DNA of 64,000 nucleotides from Syncephalis fuscata S228 (Eukaryota; Fungi; Zoopagomycota): NCBI GenBank assembly GCA_025786725.1, contig JAHLTZ010000029.1, positions 281,597 to 345,596 of the forward strand, read 5' to 3'. Shown piece by piece: positions 54,302 to 64,000 of this stretch (position 1 is its first letter; each line of letters starts with the position of its first letter). The notes under the pieces were generated by a model. It saw only the letters and a program-made list of their open reading frames with translations, ran no database searches and was not told where the DNA came from. The position numbers and the translations under genes were made by a program.

Positions 54302-55824
54302 TCAAGCAGATAGGCCATTAACACCATTTGGATGGCCGTTAGAATACTGTGGATTTGTAGGGCTGCCAGTATTGGCGCCGCCACCAGGATGATTGCCTCG
54401 TTGCTGCTGTTGCTGAGCTTCTTTAAGCGCCAATAGCTGCTTAGTACGGAACGCTTCGTAATGAATGTGGGCGGTAGTCTCGATTAAATCTTGCAAGTGC
54501 GATCGGGTAAGGAAATCGCGCAAGTGTACAAATTCACAATGAGTCTCATCCTCCACTGTTATTTTATACAATTTATCAATGAAAGAAATGATTAATACGG
54601 TTTTAACCTGTTGGCTGTTAATTTGAACTTACCATTAATAACGCCCCAGCGATTACGGCGACCACGGACTTCTTTGCCGTCAATGACTACATTCTTCTCC
54701 GATCCGACAATGGCAAATGGTATGCGTTGCTTGATTGACTGGTTCAGTTCACGTTCAATATCATCGTCTTCCTCGCTTTCATAAGGGTAAAGTTGAATGT
54801 CGTGGAATTCAAGCTCTTGTCTAATCTATAAGCAGTAAGTAGCACCAATTAGTCATTGTATGGAAATGCATATAAATAACATACTCTTTCTTTAAAGGCA
54901 GTGCGCTCTTCTACTGTCATAGAATCTGACTTGGCAATTACTGGAACGACATTGACAACTTCACTAAGTTTCTTTAGTACCTGAATGTCAATTGGTTTCA
55001 AACTGCATTAATCGTTAGAGCTTGTGTCTTTATAGCTATTTGTACTCTATTATCTACACGTACGCATGACCAGTTGGAGCAATGAAGAAGAGACAGCAGT
55101 GGATACGCGTGTCCTGCACGTAACGTTCACGTGTAGCCGTCAATTCTTTGCGCAAATAGACCGCGTGCTGATCCTTAATATGTTTAATAATTGGATCCCA
55201 ACTAATACCCATTTAATTAGTAGTGTATTAAGACTGGCTGTTATGTTATTTACCAGTTGTCATTGTTAACTTGATCGCCATAACCGGGCGTATCAACAAT
55301 GGTCAAGCGTAGTTTAACACCATTCTCATTAATTACTATCATTAATATTAGCTACAAAATACAAATAACTATCAGTCAGCTGTCTTACAATGAGATACAG
55401 TTTGGATTTCAACTGTTTGCCGTGATGAATCCTCTGCCGAGTGACGACCCTTTGTGTCGATTAAATGAGCAGCAAAAAGTGTATTGACCAGTGTTGACTT
55501 GCCAAGCCCCGTTTCACCTAGTGTCGTTTAAACATAGTATAAATAAACAAAAGCTTATAATTGTACCCTGGTCATAACTAACGACCACACCCGCTATACT
55601 TACCGACAAGAATGACATTAAGTTGAAAACCGCGTTTCAATAGTTTCTTTTCAATTTGACTGGTAATAGTGTCAAAACCGACATAGCCATTCAACGTCAC
55701 CTATTACAATAAACATTAATATGCGTCAATAGTCCGTTTTTTGTATAGCAGAACATGCATCAATAGCATATCGTTCTTGCAATAGACAACGTCTCACTAT
55801 GCTTACCTGCTTTGTGTCAGACAT
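54302..55824 (-). CDS. CDC10: Septin of the Cdc10/Spn2 group
   Basis: YVGFDTITSQIEKKLLKRGF, GETGLGKST, DTPGYGD, VIAKSD and HYEAFRTKQL; no coiled-coil tail. Confidence 0.93.
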
Positions 55825-56578
55825 GATGTAGAATCTCTTTAACTAATAACAACAAGGAATAGATGACGCCGTATTAAACACGCAATAGCAATAGCAATAG
55901 TTAGCAATAATAGTAAAAGGAGGTGTGGCGTGCGTGTTGATGAGTGTGTGTTGTGAATGTAAAGCAGGGAAAGAAGCAGATGATGGACTTGAACCTTTCA
56001 TAGCTCACACTTGAACAGTCAATAAGTACAAAAGATGCGTGCCATGATTGGCCAATGGTAGTGGCAAGCCAATGAGCCAATCAATCTCCGATTTATCATC
56101 CACATGTATCGTATTTCTACGCATGCAATGCTAATACATACACCAACGGGTGAAGCAATGGTTAATTAGATAAAATATAATACACTAATATAAATAGTAA
56201 AAAGGATTACTAAAATGTATAAATGTTGTTTTAGTTTAAAAGCGTCATTATATAATATAGGATTGGCAATTAATGTATTAATAAACAGTATTCCAAAATA
56301 AAATATTATCCAACAGCTGTCGTTCCCGCACGTCATCTGTAGTTTAGCCTACGTGGAAACGTGGTAGGCAAGTCTATCAAATAGATAAAAAGCAACATCA
56401 ACATGATTTAGATGACAAAGGATCTACCAATTTACATAATAAAATAAAATGCAATTTTACATATGCACGAATATACATCAAGCCATGTGAAGTGCCAATA
56501 GTATAACAAGTGTTGTTACAAAGATCGACACGAGCAATGCCGACGATTATTACATTACATTAAAAAAGCATGTTCTGT

Positions 56579-57611
56579 TTATTTATTTACTTTAAGCTTA
56601 TCGATAAAGGACAGAATGATTTTAACCAACTTGATCTGACCAGGAACTGGTGTGACAGCATGATCGACATCTGGAATAATTTCAAGTTCAAGGAATTTGG
56701 GATAGGCAGCTTTAGCATTTGATAGCAATTTTTCTTTTTTAACACTAGCTGGAATATACTCGTCCTTGCCTGACTGAACCATGGCAAGTGGCACTGTAAC
56801 AGGGGCGTAGATTTTCTTTAATTGTTCTGGTGTCAAGTCGGATGAAAACATATCATCTTCACCACTGTTGCAATAGTAAAACAGTTTATTAATGATTAGC
56901 CAATTTACTTCTTACATAATTTAAATGTACTTACTTTTTATTAGCTAAAGAAAGGAAGCGGTTTGCTGTAACAGGGGCAAACGAGTAGGCCTTTCGTGGC
57001 ATCATTTCTTCGCCGTCACCTTTTTTGACCATGTCACGAGCGAGAGCAATCCATTTGTCATGTTCTGGCTCAGCTCCAGCGTACCATTCTCTATCGGAAG
57101 CGGCAGCTTGTAATACGCAGCCTACCAATGGAGCCCGTTGTTTAGCAAATCGAGCAAAATGCAGCGATTGTTGACTTCCTGTGTAATAGTAATAGTTTGT
57201 AATTTGTTAATTATTATTATTATTATTATAGGTATTAAATCATTAATATTAGGTCGGGTAATTACCTGTCGAGTGGCCAACCAATAATACTCGCTTTTTA
57301 CCCAGGCCCATTAAATGTTCAACTAATAAATCCAATTCACCTGTATCGCGCGTTAGATTACCAGTACCAAAGCCGCCGTAGGACGAAGATAAAGTAGGAT
57401 GTACCGTTGACCATCCACGTTCCGCAACAGCATTGGCAAGACGCGTTGTCCAGGGCAGTGAAAGTTGGCCTTCTGTCAATCCAGGCAATAAAATTAAAGC
57501 ATTGGGTGTATTGACAGGGCCCGAATGAAATGCAGTTAATTGAGGGGCCTGGTGGCCAAATGTAAATAAAGTGCCATTGAATACGGCTGACCAGCTAATA
57601 GGAGCAATCAT
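56579..57611 (-). CDS. DUF1749 (UPF0613) alpha/beta hydrolase; start uncertain
   Basis: LLPGLTEG, LSSSYGGFGTGNL.RD, GHSTGSQ nucleophile elbow, LQAAASDRE, DDMFSSDL and SGKDEYIP. Confidence 0.88.
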
Positions 57612-57949
57612 GATATGAATAATATATGCTAAAAATACGACTATTGTAGCAAACAAATTCGGAAAGGATAAAGCGCTTGATTAGTCGTATTTTCCGTACA
57701 AATAACATGCTATTTTATATTCATTCATACATTTCTTTCAAAGGTAGTATGCATTGTGACTGGCCCCTTAGCTATTGATAGTTCATCAATCATGCAATGC
57801 CACTTGTTCATAGGCTATACCGTTACACTGATGGATAACATCTGCTGTATTTATCCACATTAAGATAGAAAACCAGTTACTGAACTTTTCATTTTTATTC
57901 GTTTAACCAATGTCTTCAATCGCTCGCGACACTGGCCTATGCCAGTCTG

Positions 57950-58969
57950 ATGAAACGAGCAGCCACCAACCAAAGTGCTTACACTTCCGACAAGCCTCTC
58001 TACGATGTGCACTGTCATATTATCGACGATGATCCTACCAACTATGCACTTGTAGGTCAACTGCAGACACAACGTCTCTGTCTTATGGGCACTAGACCCA
58101 GTGACTGGCAGAAAGTAAGTACAATGGCGTGCAATTATCCAGACAAAATTCGACCAGCATTTGGACTTCATCCTTGGTTTGCAGAACGTGATGCGTTGCC
58201 GCCATTGTCATCCACGTCCTCGTCCTCATCCTCTCCAAAGGCTGCTACCGAAACCGATAATGATCCTTGGTGGCTAGCGTCACTGCGATCGTTTTTAACA
58301 ACATTTCCTCATGCTATTGTAGGAGAGATAGGCAAGTTTTATTTATATTTTTATATTCATACACGTATAACAAGGATTATGTTTTAACAGGACTAGATAA
58401 AGTGGCCAAGGATCCCGAGACGGGCTTACGCTATGATACAACGCTGCAACTAAAAGCATTCGATGTCCAGTTTGAATTGGCAGCCGAATTAAACCGGCCT
58501 ATCTCCCTCCACTGCGTACAACACCAAGGTGCACTCATGGATTATTTGATAGACGTGCTGGTCGTGCTACTGGATTAAAATGGCCGCCACGTATTATGCT
58601 ACACTCATACACAGGATCAGCAGATACGGTTAAACGATTATTACGTCTTGAGAAGCAATTGATACGTAAGCAACGCACTGTATCTACTGACGACAATGCA
58701 TCAGCGACCACTTGCTTTTATTTTAGCATTTCAGCTGTAGTTAATCAACATCTCGTAAAAAAACCGCACAATGGTTACGTGAAGTGCCTACAGACCGTTT
58801 ATTACTTGAGTCCGATATTCATCGTGTAGATCAAGTAGATTTACTTATGGATGAAGTCTGCTTACTAGTTAAAGAACTTACTGACCAGCCATCCATTGAA
58901 GCTGTAAAGACCAATGCCTGGCAAAATGCCATCACCTTCTTTAATGAATCTTTTTTACACGACACTTGA
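57950..58969 (+). CDS. TatD-family metallo-nuclease (Scn1-like); apparent frameshifts ~58550 and ~58763
   Basis: DVHCH, AFGLHPWF, VGEIGLDK, ISLHCV, MLHSYTGS and RLLLESD. Confidence 0.88.
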
Positions 58970-59593
58970 TTACATTGTTGTGAGTTCAAACTGAAAGTCT
59001 AACCAATCATAGTTTTAAAGGCATACGCTACCTTTATATTCATAAAAATAAATAGCATAGGCTTGATATAAGTAGATACACAATATTTTTGAATATATTA
59101 CTTTTTACATTAATATTATTATATTCTTATTTTACAGTATTTCATTTAACATTATCAAACAAATTATTATTTATAAGCAATTTATTAGCCATTTATTATC
59201 GTTGTGAATTAAATGCCTACTTTTTACTAATATTCGCGTAATTGAACTAATGTTCGTTCTATTGAACATGATGATATGTGATGAATGGCATAGAAATTTA
59301 AACTACTCACCATCATAGATCATAATCTTTTCATCGTATATTCATTATATTGTAGATCACCCTTCAGTATAACATATATGTGCTGTTTAAAACTATTTTC
59401 AATTTAAATATATTTATTATAGCTAGATTTTAGCTCATATTAGCACACAATGTAGATGATATAGACGAATAATATATATATATGCATATAGGATAGCAAG
59501 TATATGTCAAGTTAAGATTATCATGATAGTGATTAAACTGAAACCATTTCTTTTTCTTTTGTTATTATTTTTGCACCATTAGTTACGGTCAGT

Positions 59594-60323
59594 ATGAATG
59601 AGACGAATGAAAAACCAACCACCATGCCTGGCCGCAATTACTGTGCTAGATTTGCGCATGCACCATCACGACAACATGGCTTGAGTCATAATACTGATTC
59701 AAATATACAGTGGCGACAGCGGCTTAAAGAAATGCGTTTGAAAAAGCGCGAAATGCACGCAACTTGCATGTTAATCAGCAACGGGAGCAACAGTATACGG
59801 ATGATTTTGTAAGTAACACTAATGTGTATTTTTATTTTTAGCTAATGCGCGATCGATTTAGATGGAGCAAGTCGACTTGGAGGAAGATTATTTACAGTGG
59901 GAATTGAAGCAACAACAGTCGTTGCGCCATTCAATGGGTGTTAATGATGATGCTGTCCAAGACAGCAAAGCACTGGAAATGGCTTTATCGGCAGAGGCAA
60001 GCATACGACAAGAACTAGCATGTAATAGTATGGATATGGACAATTATCAAAATGATAGAATGGATGATATAAACGACCAAGAATCACAATACTGGGAAGA
60101 AGCAATGACTGGTTATGACAGTCATTCATCTTCTACAGCGTCTTATCTTAATACAACAAATGATCATTGGTAATAGCAAATTCAGTGATTATATCTACTC
60201 TACTAACCAACACTATTTACTATTAGGACAAGATGTCCCGGTCAACGACTTGTCTTTTTTGATGAGTCAGTGGGCGATCTAATACTATGTAGTTATTGTG
60301 ATTATTGTGATACTAATCACTAA
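59594..60323 (+). CDS. RPA-interacting protein (RPAIN/RIP)-like; frameshifted near 59730
   Basis: N-terminal WRQRLKE..C....RNAR, an acidic middle region and a C-terminal LILCSYCDYC zinc knuckle; GT-AG introns. Confidence 0.5.
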
Positions 60324-60869
60324 ACTTTAGATTTAATTATTTTTTAATATTAATAACACGATTATTTGTAATATTTATTTATTAAAAACGTAAACCGTTA
60401 CTTTCTAATATATATTAATGTTTATCTAACATTATTACAATCACTAATTTACAAATAATATCATTAACAACTTGTAGGCTTTGTTATTTATTATATATTA
60501 TAGTCATATACAAAAAAGCCTGTGCAATTAGTGGCGCTGATGTTATAATACGTATAGCGCAGTGAACGAGTTGAGTGGCGTGTGTTGAGTATAAATCAAA
60601 ATAGTATAGCCAGCTTACGACAAAACAAATATACAATGCAATAAAATATATGGATATAATGCATGTAAATCTATGATGATAACTATTTTGATTTCTGCTG
60701 CCACTCATCACGCAGTTCTATGTTCAATAAAATGAATATCTACTTCAACTGCACGAATATTATTATGTAAGCTCATTTGATCTTAAATCACATTAAATGG
60801 CCAATAAATTGTTTACTATTAATGCAATAAAACTACTAATAGTATTATTAAACTAATAGCATAGTTATA

Positions 60870-62744
60870 GACATATCAAATGTAACTAATGTTCAAGAAT
60901 TGCAAAGCGCATTTTCAGAAATACAATTAGCAATACATAAACAAATATATAACTAATCAGCTATTTATCAAAGTTTTACAGCTAATATAGCCATAACATT
61001 TAATACGTTTTCGCCAACTGTTGCCGTATCTTTAGCAACATTGTAAATACTTATGAGTAAAGTTGCTTACAATATACAAGGATCAGATTTATAATCATTT
61101 CAGCAACTTGGTAAAGATTTTGCGGCTTGGCCTTGAATAATAAACTAATGGCTAAACCGGAATGCAATTTGGTGCTTGTTTATGTATAAATACAAGTTTG
61201 AATTCTCAATATGCATATTGGCTTGTAAAGCACAAAATCTCGGTTCTTTTACGTTTCTCCCTGCGGTGCTTTATTTAATACATTATATCCATATATCTAC
61301 ATCGCATTAATTGACATCATAGCTGATAGTAATATTGCTTTAAAAATGAGCACATTGCATTCTAATAGCACTACTAATGCCCATCCCATGGGTGCTTATG
61401 AGTATATAGAAGTATACTCTATTACTTTGAAAGGAATGCGAGCACATTTAAGATATATTTGGATGCTACTTGTGCTTCATTTATTATGGGATATGTCCAT
61501 GCGCGCAACGCCAATATCGCTCTTCGACTAGTTATAGAACAGCCGCGAGCACTTGCAAGATGGTGCTGCTTGATACCCTCAATTTTGTGTGTTGGCATAA
61601 CAATGCTTACAATTATGTTTCACTTGGGCAAAGCCTTTTATTTGGATACACCAGCGCTTTATTCCGGATGGGCTATTCCCATCTCCATTGTGTGTTACAA
61701 TATAATTTTGCTGCAAAAAGCATACATGATATCACATAAAAACCGCTGGATACTTGCAATAGCCATAGTATTAATTATGATACAAGTAACAGCCCCCATT
61801 ATGACGTTAAACGTTGGTGTTATTCGTGATATTAATTTATATCGCCAAGGCTTTTCCCTTTATTCAGAAAAATGGACTCTGGTGTGGTTCTGTGCATCTG
61901 TAGCTGTTAACACATTTCTTTCGTCGGTATTCAGTTACACGGCATATAAGCAATATCGTATTTTTGGTTCTAAGACCTGGAAGTATTTAGCTAATGATGG
62001 CATTCAATACATGTGCCTTACTATGCTTTGTAGTGCAGTCTGGCCTGCTATATTGTTTCTTGGTAAATTTTGGAAGCTCACTGCTTTTTTCTACTTTATT
62101 GAATGGTAAGTTTAGTTAGCTATAATATCCTGCTCTATATTTACTTGAAATTATCACAGTTCAATCTGCTCAACTATTCTGATCGAAAATTGCCGTAGGA
62201 CACGCCATATATTAAGTGAGGCTAATCACCCAAAAACCGAAAGAATGCTTCATATTTCGCAAATACCATTGCCAATCTATGAGACAACAAATGTTGCTGT
62301 AGCCAACCTGCCAACTACTTATGCCGCATTATAATTAATATATCTAGGACAATTGATAATTTTGGAAATAGTCGCATGGTCCAATAAACTAGCTTCGATG
62401 ATTGATAAACACCCTGACATAAGTGCTATTATAGCACGCAGATGTCTGCAAGTGTTTAATTGCATGAACTGGCACAAGGCTTTTTTAAATATACTTAGCC
62501 AGTTAATATTGAATAATAATCAGACACACACTACAATATTCTGCGTCTTCTGATATAATTAGAAACATTTGAGCATACAAATAAATTATTCAGTTATTCT
62601 AAATAATGATACATTGTTTGATGCTATTAATACGCAATAATGAATAGCATACTGCTGTATTAATTCGTCATATAGATTCAGAATAGTAAACAAATGCCAC
62701 AATATTTGATTGATATTTACAGCTGATTTTATATTTAATCAAAC
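60870..62744 (+). repeat. Dispersed direct duplication, copy 2
   Basis: Matches ~39310-41190; conserved TATAAA at 61185 (39639 in copy 1). Confidence 0.9.
61346..62334 (+). CDS. Orphan 7-TM (GPCR-like) protein, copy 2; intron 62106-62159; one frameshift in a T-run ~61481
   Basis: Seven hydrophobic segments, an N-terminal NST sequon, and basic loops RNANIALRLVIEQPRALARW, LLQKAYMISHKNRW and YKQYRIFGSKTWKYLANDGIQY. Confidence 0.75.
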
Positions 62745-64000
62745 ATATCACATGGTTGACTATCTACTTTAATCCCCCAGGGTAATAAATTATTTTACGC
62801 AATCAATTGTAATGATTTAAATAATTGACGAGTTAATTAAATGTAATTGAACATTGTGTCAGTAATAATATTAAACATTTTAATAAAGAATGTAACATGC
62901 TATTTGATTTCATTAAAACATTTGGGACCAATTATTGTTGTTGTTGACCATTTGTAGAAAGGTTGATCGAATATTAATAAAGCCATATAATTGCAATTCC
63001 ATATCGTTCCGCAGTGGTTGTTGTTGTTACTACGTACAGTGTGGTTTCTTGCATCTAAATGGTCTCTTCTATTTCTAACCTTCTACCGTTGCATTTTGGG
63101 TATATTTGCAATGTAAGATACTTGTTTATGGTGACAAAGAAATTAGTTCCACCATATGCAATAATGATAGGTTGAGTGTCTTTACCAGGAAGATCTTGTA
63201 GTGACAGTTGTAACCAGAAGATACGGCATGCTGTTGAGGTTACTTGAACAGGTGTTGATGTAAATAAGAAAAGTAAAGACTAGGGATTGAATAGTGTTTT
63301 TTATTGATGTTCAGATACGCATGTTATTTATATTGTTATATTCTGCATTATCGTATAATATATTACTGAATAGAGCAATAAGGTAGCGATAAGAAAAAGG
63401 TAGTGAACTGAGTAAATAAAAATGTGGGAGTCAAAGTACATTAGAAATATTAAAGCCATTTAATACTAAGTCACTGTTATAAAACATACTGCCAATAAAT
63501 TACTGAGTGTAATAGAAAATACAATAAAAGTCTATGTTTCTTAAATACAAGTGTAGCCATAAAAGGTGTTATTATTAAATAATAAAACATAATTATATTT
63601 TAGAAGATAAACCAATAGACCAATAGTTTAAATGAATGAATAAATAATATTTAGTATTAAAATCTGATTAACGGTTTTATTATTATTGAGATGAAATTAT
63701 AGGTCTATTACTATAAACTTGCACAGTTGAATAGAAACTAAATGCAAGCTTGTCAGTAAAATAATAATTCTATTGCTTGGAGAGTGAGTAAACCGGAGCA
63801 TTGGCCAAAACTTGGTATACAAATGGACTGAGCGGCGTAGTTGTCAAATGGGCTTGCTTTTCACCGAATATATACCTAAAGTGTATTGGAATAGTAGTTT
63901 GATTGCACTACCAATGCTAATGTCTTGAAATCATAGATTATGATTGACATTTAGGTTTGCACTTAAGGTTGCAAATCCAGGGGGCAAAGATGCAAGAGAG

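Noticed and set aside
62750-64000. Possible minus-strand exon fragments (~63185-63300 and ~63770-63876)
   Set aside because: Some splice-like signals are present, but I could not build a coherent reading frame or recognise a product.

Overview
This is eukaryotic, AT-rich, gene-dense and intron-rich DNA from an early-diverging fungus, with most introns about 50-80 nt. The gene content and the lineage-specific families suggest a Zoopagomycota mycoparasite such as Syncephalis; that assignment is inference. About 30 genes are present. Most are housekeeping: UFD1-domain zinc-finger protein, HSP78, CEM1, ICT1, PIK1, ARF1, COA2-like, LDB17, PCC1, SBA1, CREB/ATF bZIP, NHP2, GUF1, TMEM41, ATP10, NAB3-like, CLC/GEF1, I9 inhibitor, GAR1, CDC10, DUF1749 hydrolase, TatD and RPAIN-like. 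Scattered among them are candidate host-interaction genes that the ORF track misses or fragments: (i) a small secreted coiled-coil protein built from 3-, 12- and 20-nt micro-exons; (ii) a signal-peptide-bearing atypical protein kinase; (iii) two copies of an orphan 7-TM receptor with conserved cytoplasmic loops, hypervariable extracellular loops and near-identical 3' non-coding DNA. Splicing is unusually non-canonical, with one U12-type AT-AC intron and at least 8 GC-AG introns. The bZIP gene has a ~1.1-kb ATG-free leader exon and flanking CRE sites. Single-base frameshifts occur in many genes, including essential ones, and look like assembly indel errors. All exon structures were read by eye, so the ends of multi-exon genes are approximate.
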